Positions 1 through 12,546 are shown, counted from the first letter of the stretch. The stretch: 64,000 nt of DNA from Eledone cirrhosa (GCA_964016885.1 OZ024740.1:108562001-108626000), one strand, 5' to 3'. Program-made: numbers and translations. Notes: a model not told the origin generated them from the sequence alone.

Positions 1-361
1 AGTGTGTATATGTGTGATTGTGTGTCAGTCTGGTTTGTTTTGTGATTATGACTTACGGATTTTCCATAAATGAATTGTTGCCTGTGATGTTGGCAACTAG
101 AAATATGAGTTGACAGGGAAACATGGCTGAGACTGATTATTATAATTGTCGTTACTAACACAAGTACAGATACATTATTAGTTTCTATATCACTGTAGCA
201 ATGACCGTGACCCTAGCAAACAACTGAAAAGGGAATACACTTCCCACTCATCACACACACATACTATATGCATATATACAATGTTTTAATAGTAATCATT
301 GCCTAAACCTTCGTTTCACACACACGTACACTATATATATATACATATATACATATATGCA

Positions 362-647
362 GAAGTTATATTTAATTTGTTGGGATTCAACAAGCTTAAA
401 CATTTTTATAGCTGATATAAAGCACTCAGCAATTAGTGGAGTAAATACACAATATATTAATAAATGGAAACTATATTTATAAAACCATATTTATTTTATT
501 ATACATATTTCAAGGGCAACCAAGGCAAATTATGGTGCACTTTCATATCTGATGAAAACGCACCATAATTTGCCTTGGTTGCCCTTGAAATATGTATAAT
601 AAAATAAATATGGTTTTATAAATATAGTTTCCATTTATTAATATATT
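362..647. mobile_element. Short PLE-terminus-like insert with fold-back (arms 451-538 / 560-647) and degenerate hammerhead core at 547-604 (+)
   Basis: Arms of about 88 bp are reverse complements. CTGATGA...GAAA TATGTA TA ATAAAA begins at the junction. Same family as 1590-1882 and flanked by TA-rich repeats. Confidence 0.65.
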
Positions 648-755
648 AGAAACAATTAATATATTATATATATATATAAGTATGTATACGTACATACATA
701 CATGTATACAGACGTACAGTAGTATGTATATATACATACATGCACACATATATAT

Positions 756-921
756 ATGTACGTATGGATTTACCGAACATTTATTATAATGCTCGGTGTG
801 TTTGTAAACAAACATCCCGAATTAAGCCGTACAGTGTATAGCAACCATCGTTGCAACGATGGTTGCTATACACTGTACGGCTTAATTCGGGATGTTTATA
901 TATATATAATTCGGGATGTTT
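756..921. repeat. Short dispersed repeat with perfect 88-bp palindrome (810-897)
   Basis: aaacatcccg...catcgttg|caacgatg...cgggatgttt. The reverse complement of 756-850 is similar to 13710-13812. Confidence 0.85.
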
Positions 922-1146
922 ATATATATATAATCGTTTTTATCATTTATTTTGTTTGACCTGTTTAGCTTGATTTGTTTTTTGGCTTAGGTGGTTAATG
1001 CCTTCTTGACCACTTTTTCAGTTTGTATGGCGTTTTAACATATTGTTTAGCTCTAGTTTTCTTAACTATTGGAGCGCTTGCCAGCATATCTACGATTTTG
1101 CGTTTCGTTTCGCTTTTTCTACCAGCCGAAATACGATTCTCGCTGA

Positions 1147-1230
<84 letters not shown>

Positions 1231-1309
1231 TATATATGTGTGTGTGTGAAGTATTTCCGTAGGAAAGGTACAGGAAAAGAGAGTGCTCTATGTAGGCTAC
1301 AGAGCTTTT

Positions 1310-1579
1310 TAGTTATGTAATAAACAACATAAGATAATTATTTTATTTACCAGTGGTTTCTTGAAGACAGATATTTATATCTGTCTTCAGTCGTCAGAAC
1401 GAATAAATAACATGGTGTGTTTATTAAATATGGATTTGAAATATGGTTTTCAAATCCATATTTAATAAACACACCATGTTATTTATTCGTTCTGACGACT
1501 GAAGACAGATATAAATATCTGTCTTCAAGAAACCACTGGTAAATGATATAATTATCTTATGTTGCTTATTACATAACTA
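1310..1579. repeat. Fold-back palindrome (arms about 130 bp) carrying a hammerhead motif on each strand
   Basis: 1310-1440 is nearly the exact reverse complement of 1449-1579. Lies between (TA)n tracts. Confidence 0.9.
1487..1546 (+). ncRNA. Type I hammerhead ribozyme motif (mirror copy 1343-1402 on minus)
   Basis: tcgtt-CTGACGA-c-[tgaagacagata taaa tatctgtcttca]-a-GAAA-cca c tgg-TA-aatga. Core and stems I, II and III are present. Confidence 0.75.
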
Positions 1580-1726
1580 TATATATATAAACAATGGGTT
1601 ATTTAATTTGTTGAATTTTCAACAAATTTAATTTATAACATATTAAAAGCACTCAACAGTCTTCTTCTGGAGTATAATATCAATAATATTAATAAATGGA
1701 AACTATCTTTATAAAAACCATATTTA

Positions 1727-1783
1727 TTTTATTATATATATTTCAAGGGTACCAATATTTTGGTACGCGCTCATCAGATAAAA
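1727..1783 (-). ncRNA. Type I hammerhead ribozyme motif in a short insert with partial inverted copy (1826-1882)
   Basis: Minus strand: TTTTAT-CTGATGA-gcgcgtacca aaatat tggtaccctt-GAAA-TATATA-TA-ATAAAA. The base of stem II is imperfect. Confidence 0.7.
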
Positions 1784-1883
1784 TACAAAATTTGGTTTAC
1801 AGATAGTGACATATTCAGATATTGCTACCCTTGAAATATATATAATAAAATAAATATGGTTTTTATAAAGATAGTTTCCATTT

Positions 1884-2066
1884 GTGGATTGGCAGTATCG
1901 GTAGAGGGTCGGACGCCATGCTTTGACGCAGAGAGTTACGCCCCTTGCCATTCTGAGTTCAAATCCCGTCGAGGTTATATTTGCCTTTCATCCTTACGGG
2001 GTCGATAAAATAAAGTACCAGTAATACACTAGTAATTGCTGGCCTTGTGCCAAAAGTAGAAACTAT
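1884..2066 (+). mobile_element. tRNA-derived SINE (family A)
   Basis: A-box tggcagtatcgg, B-box gagttcaaatccc, conserved core ttgcctttcatccttacggggtcgataaaataaagtaccag and tail ggccttgtgccaaaagtagaaac. Multiple copies in the window. Confidence 0.9.
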
Positions 2067-2092
2067 TATATATATATATATATATATATAGA

Positions 2093-2169
2093 CAGGGTGT
2101 GTCCCAAAAATGTACACACTTCAACAGCACTCTAATCAAAGTGTGTATACATTTTGTGGTGACATCCTG
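2093..2169. mobile_element. Tc1/mariner-like MITE
   Basis: Imperfect TIRs cagggtgt..cccaaaaatgtacacac / gtgtatacattttgtggtgacatcctg, TA context. Confidence 0.55.
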
Positions 2170-2310
2170 TATATATACGCGTGCGTGTGTCAATATCATT
2201 AATATCATCATCATTTTACTTCAGTTTTCCATAGTATGCGACTAGACGAGTCATGGGACCACATCTTGCTCATGCGTAGCGTTTTTGGCATGGTTTTATA
2301 GTGTACAAGA

Positions 2311-2357
<47 letters not shown>

Positions 2358-2492
2358 ATAATAATAAATGTGAAGACTAAAATCCAAAGAGGAGGGCTCG
2401 ATAAGGATAAATATATAACCATAGAGATCCCGTTAAGGGAGAAAGCAGCGATTCTTTGCTTGAACTTTAATCTGTTATTTTCATATATATAT

Positions 2493-2870
2493 ATTGGTAA
2501 AAGGAAAAGAAAATGCTGACAAATTGTTCCCAGTGAAAAATAGTTTAATTAGGAATAAGCAAAAATTAGTAATAGTATTGGTTAGTATTCAGTTTTGGTT
2601 TTAAGTTTTACCGGTTGCGCATTTCTAATGCTTTTCAAAAATAATTTTGAGATAGAGCGCTCGTGATGTTTGCTCTAATCTGATTAGTTTTGGAAATTCT
2701 ACCTGCTTTATGTAAAAAAAGTGGCTCCAGATGTATGAAAACATTCTTGTGGTCAAAACAATTTTGATTGGTCTGTAGAGGTCATGTGAATGTTTAAAAT
2801 TGATTTTGCGCCAAATGTAGGTTTGTCTCGGCTGATTGAGAAGTCACTGAAAAATAAGTCTTTCAAGACA
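2493..2870 (-). mobile_element. Probable PLE 3' end with variant hammerhead (2606-2641); inverted homolog at 3926-4116
   Basis: About 190 bp is shared in opposite orientation with 3926-4116. Motif TTT-TTGAAAA-GCAT tagaa ATGC-GCAA-CCGG-TA-AAA. The upstream minus frame reads ISRDKPT...LF*, resembling PLE endonuclease C-termini. Confidence 0.55.
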
Positions 2871-3119
2871 AATATGTGTGTGTGTGTGTGTAGTAGTAGT
2901 AGTAGTAAAGAGGTTCGTTGTTGTGATAATGATCAGCAGGGATGTGTGTGCGAACTGCAGCCTGTTGACAGTTCAAATGCCTATTAAGACAAGTGTGTGT
3001 GTGTGTGTGTAGTAGAGTAATTCGTGGTAGAGGGATGGTCAGTAGGAATGTGTTTGTACGTGTGTGGGGGATATTTTAACATGTTAAAAGATATTTTTCA
3101 GCTCTTGTCTTATACGGAG

Positions 3120-3183
<64 letters not shown>

Positions 3184-3649
3184 CTCTTTGTATGTTAATG
3201 TACGCGTGTGTATGTGTGTGTATATATGTCTGTGTGTGTGGGGGGGGGGACCAGTTTTTTTTTGTGATACTGGTAAAAATGGTGTACATTATTCGATATT
3301 TTCAGTAAAAACGATTCGCTCAATAGAACATCAAAAACCTTAATAATAAAAGGTGTGAAATGATATATAGTATTGGCATAATACCAAAGTGTGTGTGTGT
3401 CCAGATTGTACGTACTGCAAGGGGAATCCATTAGGCCTTGCCCTATTGGAATACTTGTGTGTTACACCTCTATTCTTTTAAATATATATATATATATATT
3501 GTTATACTTTGGGAGGGTCATGTTGCCAATAAGAAACACACGCACCAGTTGCTTTCACTTCAATTTATTATAATAAATTTATAAATTTAGGAATTTATAA
3601 ATTTCCGGTTGGTTGGTTGGTTCCCCAACCAGATGGTTGTTTATATATT

Positions 3650-3692
3650 GTCAAAGTTCTTTCGTCACACATTTTGTGACCTCTTCAGTGAC
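3650..3692 (-). ncRNA. Minimal type I hammerhead ribozyme motif
   Basis: Minus strand: gtca-CTGAAGA-g-gtcaca aaatg tgtgac-GAAA-gaac-TT-tgac. A homolog lies at 40647-40689. Confidence 0.8.
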
Positions 3693-3893
3693 TGGGGATT
3701 CTTTTCTTTGTTTTTGTGCCTCTCCGTTGTTCTGTCCTACGCCATCTTGTTTCTGTGTGTGTGTTGTGTGCTCAGTCTGCGCATGCGGCACATCCGGGTG
3801 TATGTGTGTGTTTATATTCGTTTATTTATTTGTTTATTTACATGTTACTGGTTGGTTGTTTGTTCTATGTGCGTGTGTGTTTTCATTTTGTCC

Positions 3894-3927
<34 letters not shown>

Positions 3928-4154
3928 GATTAGAGCAAACATCACGGGCGCTCTATCTCAAAATTATTTTTGAAAAGCATTAGAAATGGGCAACCGGTAG
4001 AAACTTAAAACTAAAACTGAATACTAACCAATACTTATTACTAATTTTTACTTATTCCTAATTAAACTATTTTTCACTGGGAACAATTTGTCAGCATTTT
4101 CTTTTCCTTTTACCAATTTATCACAACTCGTGTGTTACACCTCTATTCTTTTAA

Positions 4155-4220
<66 letters not shown>

Positions 4221-4528
4221 AATGTGTTATATGCTTTGTTGATGAATATTCATATATGTATGTGTGTGTTAATCCGAGTAGAAAATTATCTAAAGCTCTT
4301 TAGAAAGTGAAGTTTTCTTTTAATACAGTATAATCTGTTTAGTATTGACAGAGAGCAGAATGGGTACTCAATAGAATAGTAGAGATTAATAGTTTATGAA
4401 AGTCGTCAATCCACAATTGATTCTACTGATCTGTTACTCCGGTGTTTCTTCCTCTTTTTCATTTTACGTCCATTTTCCCCGCTAGCAAGGGTGACTTCAG
4501 TGTATCAGGCTCCTGGATCAGCCTTAAT

Positions 4529-4621
<93 letters not shown>

Positions 4622-4762
4622 TTTGTTTGTTCACCCTAACGTTCTCTTTATTTACGTGTCCCAACGACTTTTTTTAGCCGTTGTTCGCACCAACCTGAGG
4701 TATATGGCCCTTAAAGCGATGAAATGCCTAGGTCGGTTGGAGGGTCACTGATGAAGGACTCA

Positions 4763-4832
<70 letters not shown>

Positions 4833-4835
<3 letters not shown>

Positions 4836-5331
4836 AGCGACGTGGTTAGTCAGTCTGGTCACTACTTCTGATCAGATCCGAGAATAGCCCTTAGTAGGAC
4901 TGTTATCGCATACGGTCTGATCAGATCTGAAGATAGCCCTTAAAAGAACTGTTGTCGCATATAGCCCTTAAAAGAACTGTTGAGGATGGACAGACGAAAG
5001 CACAAGTTGAAAGGACGAAGCAAGGCGAGATGTAAATTCGATCAGTTATTTATTTTCATCTGAAGCGACGATACGAGGTACAAGGCGTGTGTGAGTGACA
5101 AAGCGTAGCAGAGTAAAGGAACAACGATGCGCTAGCTGACTCTGCCAAAAGTCGACTGGTGAAGTGTTTGGAACCACTCTATTTATACAGAAATAATCGT
5201 TTGATGTTTAGCCGATGTGTAGGCGTTTATTCTGGTAGTTTTTAAGGGTTCTTTTGTTTCACGTTGAGGTAGCTAGCTAACAGGTAGATGGCGCTGTATA
5301 TTTCACAGATGTTATTTCCGGTGGCTGTACA
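4833..5331 (-). repeat. 3' LTR (499 bp)
   Basis: Direct repeat of 9697-10223. I counted about 5 substitutions and one 28-bp tandem-unit difference by eye. Confidence 0.95.
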
Positions 5332-5344
5332 TTACCCTCCTGCC
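5332..5344 (-). promoter_or_regulatory. Polypurine tract
   Basis: Minus strand ggcaggagggtaa directly precedes the 3' LTR. Confidence 0.8.
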
Positions 5345-6261
5345 AGATCTTTTGTACAACAAAAGAGCGAAATACCGTATAGTAATGGGCCAGTGGTGCA
5401 TTTGTCATGACAATAGCCCCAGGAGTGTCCAGCGCGTTGTGAAATTTTGTGATCATCGAGTACAGGACAGAGTCGATGTAAAGATGATATGGCAAGATGT
5501 GTGTGTCAGGAAGAGACAAAAGAAATAAACTATAAAATGACTTTGACCAGATTTATGCAGGCGTGATGAATGAGCCTGTTGCAATTTGGGTTGAGCTGCC
5601 TGTGAATTGCGTGACAAAAAGTCTAACTGGGCAGTGAAGATAACCAATGTGTGTACTGAATGGCCGTAAGCATGCTGCCTAAAAGTAACAGTTTGCTCCA
5701 CAGCATATGACTTGAGCAAATGCATGTGGTAAAAAAATAGCGAGGCATTCTCGAGCTATTGAATGAATGTGTACGTGAAAAAAGAAGGCCAGTGTTTTGA
5801 GGGTGCGATTTGTGAAATGCGTGATCAAAGAGAAAACATTTTGTAGTGTAAGAGTTAGAGGGACACAAATATCTATTGCTCAGTTTATGAACCAAAAGGT
5901 GAAACAAACGTGGTTTTGTAGTGTGCATGAAAAACAGGATATGTACACGCCTTGTATGTATATAAAAATTATGGCAATTACACAATCAATGTTACAGAAC
6001 AAGAAAAGTAAAAAATTTTGCAAAACAAGAGAGTGAAGAAAAAAAATGTTATACACAATGATATACACAATGTTTGTTCTTAAATAGTGTTTGTAATAAA
6101 TAATGTTCATTATAAATAATGTTCTTCGGGACATGAGCACATGGTCACTAAAAATTGCAATTGTTCAAGCAGAAAGTTCATTGTATTTGAAACTGGAAAT
6201 AGTAAACACAAGAAAAATGGAAATGTTTTGCACGAAGACTGATTAAGAAACTCACTTGAGG

Positions 6262-7875
6262 TTAACGGTAATTTACATATTGTGCCAACTTTGCGGGCCA
6301 ATGGACGCGTCGTCCGCTTCTCGTGACTGGAGATGAAACAGGTGGCTCGCTGGGACAGCAATCTGTTGGAGTTTCTGGTGTAGAGACTGAAGCAGTATCC
6401 ATGATGGCTTTTTTTAATCTGTCCACGCTGACAGAATTCTGTTTACCATCTAGATCGAGAATAAAATATTTCGGATATTTTTTTAGAACACGATAAGGGC
6501 CAGAATATGGAGGTCGAAGATGAGCTGAGATGGTGTCGTTTCGAACGAAAACGTGTGTCCAATCTTTAATGTCTGAAGGTACGTGTGTGGCCGTGTTCTG
6601 TTGACGGGTGCTGGCAGGAGCAAGGTGAGACATATATTGTCGAAGACGGTGTACGTATGATCCTGGGTCTGGATCACCCTGAGGAGAGATGGGAGCACCC
6701 ATCTGACCAGGTAGAACCAGGGTGGTGCCGTACACTAATTCTGCAGGTGTGTGTCCGAATTCCTACCTAACGGTGGATCGAATACCCAGAAGGATGAGTG
6801 GCAGGTATTCAAACCAGTGGGTCTTGTCTGGATATGCTTTTATTGCAGCTTTCAATTGGCGATGGAATCTTTCCACGAGACCATTAGCTTGCGGGTGATA
6901 AGCTGTCGTGCGGATGTGTTTACATCCTAACAGGCGAGTCAGTTCCCTGAAGAGGTGGGAGTCAAATTGGCGTCCTCTGTCCGTTGTTATCTTCGCTGGG
7001 GCGCCATAACGTGATACCCAGTGTAAAACCAAAGTTTTAGCGACTGTTTCTGCTGAAGTATCAGTTATAGGAAAAGCCTCAGGCCAACGAGAAAATCGAT
7101 CTATGCAGGTGAGCAAGTGTGTGTAGTTCTGTGATGGTGGTAGAGGTCCGACGATGTCGATATGCACATGATGAAAACGTGCATCAGGTTGCGCGAATGT
7201 GCCGAGTGGAGTTTTGATGTGTCTGTGGACTTTGGCTTTCTGGCAGGCAGTGCAGCTCCTGGACCAGTCGCCCACGTCCTTGTTAATGTTAGTCCACACC
7301 AAACGAGCAGAGATGAGTTTCTGTGTAGCCCGGATTCCCGAGTGAGACAAGCAGTGTAAAGCAGAAAAAACTTGTCGACGATGCATCTGTGGTACGTACG
7401 GTCGTTCATGACCGGTAGAAAGGTCGCACCAAATTTGTCCCGGAGAAGAAGGAATGGGGACTTGCTGAAACTTGAGGGATGGCGAATCTCGGAGCTTGAT
7501 AAACTCTTCGTCAGTCTCTTGGTCAGCTGCGATCTGTTGAAGGTCAATGCCTGAATGCACATGTATTGCGTTCAGCTGGATTCGGGACAGGGCGTCGGCT
7601 GCTACGTTGTCTGTTCCCTTGATATGCCGAATATCAGTTGAATATTGGGAGACAAAATCCAGGTGTCGGAGTTCTCTCGGTGAATGTCGATCAGGTTTGG
7701 TACGGAACGCATAAACTAGTGGTTTATGGTCCGTGTAGATCACGAAATCTGATCCTTCGAGCATGTGCCGAAAATGCTTAACCGAAAGATAGGTTGCCAA
7801 GAGTTCGCGGCCAAAGGTACTGTATTTCGTTTCTGCCGGTTGCAACCGCTTAGAAAAGAAGGTAAGGGTTGCCAC
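6262..7875 (-). pseudogene. pol: Gypsy RNase H + integrase (disrupted; ORFs 6763-7875 and 6262-6735)
   Basis: [10 protein letters not shown] and YTDHKPL (RNase H); HHCC zinc finger; [16 protein letters not shown] and NGLVERFHR (DDE); PPYSGPY (GPY/F module). Confidence 0.93.
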
Positions 7876-8889
7876 ACGCCGTCGACATGTTGTTGTAGAA
7901 CGCCTCCAACCCCCGTGCCTGATGCGTCCACTAGCAGCGAAAGAGGAGCGCCAGACCTGGGGAAAACGAGCATGGAAGCGTTTGCCAACATTTCCTTCAG
8001 GCGGTTAAAAGATGTTAACTCTTCCTCGTTTAGAGTGATCTCTTCGTTTTTGCGAGTCCGGTTACGAAGAAGGTCCGTGAGGAGTCTGGCTGCGTCGGAA
8101 CAATGAGGGATGAAACGCCTATAAAAATTCACCAGACCGAGGAATTCACGCAGTTTCCGAAGTGATGTAGGTGCGGGAAAACTGAGGATAGCTTCTACTT
8201 TCTCGGGAAGTGGACGAATGCCGTCTTTATCGATGATGTGCCCGAGAAAGGACAGTGAAAGAACGCCGAGAAGGCACTTGCTGGGGTTGATGATGATACC
8301 GTACTCAGCCAAACGTCGGAAAAGGAGATCTAAGTGCTTCTCGTGTTCATGCTCGGAAGTACTTGCTATCAGCACGTCGTCAATATACGCGTATACGAAG
8401 GGTAGATCGCGTAACACGGTGTCAATAAACCGCTGAAAAGTTTGTGCAGCGTTGCGCAGACCGAACGGCATTCGCAGGAATTCGAATAAACCGAACGGTG
8501 TTGTGATTGCGGTCTTCGGAATGTCTGCAGGCTCCATAGGTATCTAGTTATATGCACGCACCAAATCTACCTTGGAAAGATGTGTGCGCCTTGCAGAGGC
8601 AGAAAAATCGTGCAGGTGAGGTACAGGGTAATTATCGGGCACTGTAGAATTGTTAAGTGCACGATAATCCCCACATGGTCGCCAATCATTGTCATTTTTT
8701 TTTGGAACAAGGTGTAGGGGTGCAGACCAGTTGCTGGAGGAAGGGCGAATGATTCCGAGGTCCAGCATGTGTTGGAACTCCTGCTTGGCGATTCTCAATC
8801 GGTCTGGAGGCAGTCTCCTTGGTCGGGCAGCTGTGGGTGGTCCCCTTGTCTCGATGTGGTGCGTGACACTATGTTTAATGGGACCATCC
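7740..8889 (-). pseudogene. pol: Gypsy reverse transcriptase (frameshift and premature stop)
   Basis: IIRPSSSNWSAPLHLVPKK, WRPCGDYRALN, KTAITTPFGLFEFLRMPFGLRNAAQTFQR and YIDD motifs, split over several frames. Confidence 0.95.
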
Positions 8890-9660
8890 TTAAAAACCGG
8901 GCGAGTGATGTCTGGGTATTTCTGGAGAATGCCGTTGTACCGCGAAGGCTCTGAGGCTCACTGTGGATTGCGTGGTAAATATACCTCTCACAGTGAGGTT
9001 TGTGGTGGTGGCGATAAGCCTCCGGTTCTTCATATCCACCAGAAGGTTGAAGTGGTGGAGAAAATCGGCTCCTAGGATAGGGGTCGGCAGGTCTGCCACG
9101 ACGAACACCCATTGAAAACGCCGCTTCAGGCCTAAATTGAGGGTCAGGGATTTTTCCCCGAAAATGGGAATTGACGATCGGTTCACTGCCTGCAGAAAGG
9201 ACGGTATTGGGTGTTTTTTGCCCGAGATTAGTGAAACAGGAATAACACTAATCTGGGCTCCTGTATCCACGAGGTAACGGATGCCTGACGCCTGGTCGTT
9301 AATAAAAAATAGACGACTTTTCTTTTCAGTACCAGGGGTGAACGTCGTCGCCAGGCCCTGGGTGGCATTCCGGAAAGAGCACGGGGCTTTGCACTTAGAT
9401 GCCTGTGCGCCGAAATGTGTGTGATACCAGCAGAGATTGCCAGGCACACGATTTTGACTGGGACTACTGGATCTTCGACTGTGAAAAGGCCTGGATCGAC
9501 TGTTGCTGCGTCTCCGGTGTGTTTGAAAGGTCAAGTTCTGTACTTGATTCGAGAGAGCTTTGATTTGACCAGCCCGCTCTCTGATCATAGCCCGCAGCTC
9601 TGAAATCTCGGCCTCTGTCGTTTTGTGACATGTCCATGTTGATATTTTCTTAGGTGCTGT
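8890..9660 (-). pseudogene. gag-pol: Gag C-terminus + aspartic protease; most of Gag is missing
   Basis: LCWYHTHFGAQASKCKAPCSF knuckle, YLVDTGAQISVIP and ILGADFL. Only about 260 bp separates the PBS from the knuckle. Confidence 0.88.
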
Positions 9661-9662
9661 CT

Positions 9663-9694
9663 GGTTGCGCGTTCGACTCACGTTCGGGTCACCA
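9663..9694 (-). promoter_or_regulatory. Primer binding site complementary to the tRNA-Trp 3' end (extended)
   Basis: Plus strand ggttgcgcgttcgactcacgttcgggtcacca resembles the last 32 nt of metazoan tRNA-Trp including CCA. It lies 2 nt from the 5' LTR. Confidence 0.85.
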
Positions 9695-9696
9695 AT

Positions 9697-10223
9697 TGTA
9701 GCCACGTGGTTAGTCAGTCTGGTCACTACTTCTGATCAGATCCGAGAATAGCCCTTAGAAGGACTGTTATCGCATACGGTCTGATCAGATCTGAAGATAG
9801 CCCTTAAAAGAACTGTTGTCGCATATAGCCCTTAAAAGAACTGTTGTCGCATATAGCCCTTAAAAGAACTGTTGAGGATGGACAGACGAAAGCACAAGTT
9901 GAAAGGACGAAGCAAGGCGAGATGTAAATTCGATCAGCTATTTATTTTCATCTGAAGCGACGATACGAGGTACAAGGCGTGTGTGAGTGACAAAGCGTGG
10001 CAGAGTAAAGGAACAACGATGCGTTAGCTGACTCTGCCAAAAGTCGACTGGTGAAGTGTTTGGAACCACTCTATTTATACAGAAATAATCGTTTGATGTT
10101 TAGCCGATGTGTAGGCGTTTATTCTGGTAGTTTTTAAGGGTTCTTTTGTTTCACGTTGAGGTAGCTAGCTAACAGGTAGATGGCGCTGTATATTTCACAG
10201 ATGTTATTTCCGGTGGCTGTACA
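9697..10223 (-). repeat. 5' LTR (527 bp)
   Basis: Direct repeat of 4833-5331 with one extra atagcccttaaaagaactgttgtcgcat unit. Confidence 0.95.
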
Positions 10224-10395
10224 TATATATATATATATATATATAATAAGGAGTTGACGGACCCACCATATTTATCAATGCCAGGACCGGTTGTATCTCA
10301 GCGTACTCAATAGGTAATGTAGGATACATTCCCAGAGTATACACATAGTTATTCGCTTCAATACAACACACTTAAAAGGGGTGCCTATAGTAGTT

Positions 10396-10506
10396 CTCGG
10401 ACTCGAGCTTCGGCCACACTTAATGCAGCAGTAGGGTGCACTGCACCCTCTGTCTGCATATATTATGCAACAATGCATAATCGGTGCATGTGGCTTCATC
10501 AGCGAG
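10396..10506 (-). ncRNA. Type I hammerhead motif with long branched stem II
   Basis: Minus strand: ctcg-CTGATGA-a-gccaca[about 70 nt with two hairpins]tgtggc-c-GAAG-ctcgag-TC-cgag. Confidence 0.7.
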
Positions 10507-11065
10507 TATGCCTAATCAATAACCAATCGATTGACAGAACCCAAACCACAGCCCATGCCGGCTATGCCTGTTTGTGACGGCCGACACAGTAAAGTGGTTA
10601 GCAACTGGGATCTGATACAACTCTGTCCCCCGACCAGCCACCGATTTACAAACTTTACGTGGTGGCGGGAGATTAGAAAACAAATATTTTCGCTCCCGTC
10701 AAAAGCATTCAGCAAACGTGTTTCAAACACAAATTAATAAGGTAGTGAAAAGATGGTTATTAGAAAGAGCAGTCCCACATCGATGTACAATAGAATGGGA
10801 GCATTCGGCTCAGATCTCCAAGTCCCATGGCTAGAGGAAAGCGATAGTAACAATGGTAGTGCCAAGAACCTTTAACGGCATTAAATGCCAGTATCTATCA
10901 TACAGCGATATAGAGTAGCGAGCTGGATTGCGCCAGCCACGTGTGTAAACCAGTCTATTTCACAACTTAAACGAGTGAGAGATAAAATTAATAGCAGGAA
11001 TTAGAGCGCATATCAAAACAAAACAATAAAAAAAAGTGAAAAATTGTTTAACTTACTCTCATTAG

Positions 11066-12546
<1,481 letters not shown>

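Larger units (their letters stand above)
4833..10223 (-). mobile_element. Ty3/Gypsy LTR retrotransposon, CsRn1/Kabuki-like clade, defective
   Basis: Two TG...CA LTRs, tRNA-Trp PBS, PPT, CHCC Gag knuckle (CWYH..FG..A.KC..PC), and PR-RT-RH-IN domain order. Confidence 0.95.

Noticed and set aside
1023-4751. ORFs with YIYI/CVCV runs (also at 11, 13-14 and 34-37 kb)
   Set aside because: These are translations of TA and TG microsatellites.
5345-6261. Possible env or extra ORF in the Gypsy 3' region
   Set aside because: Only short ORFs on both strands with no recognisable signal-peptide or TM pattern. Treated as 3' UTR.
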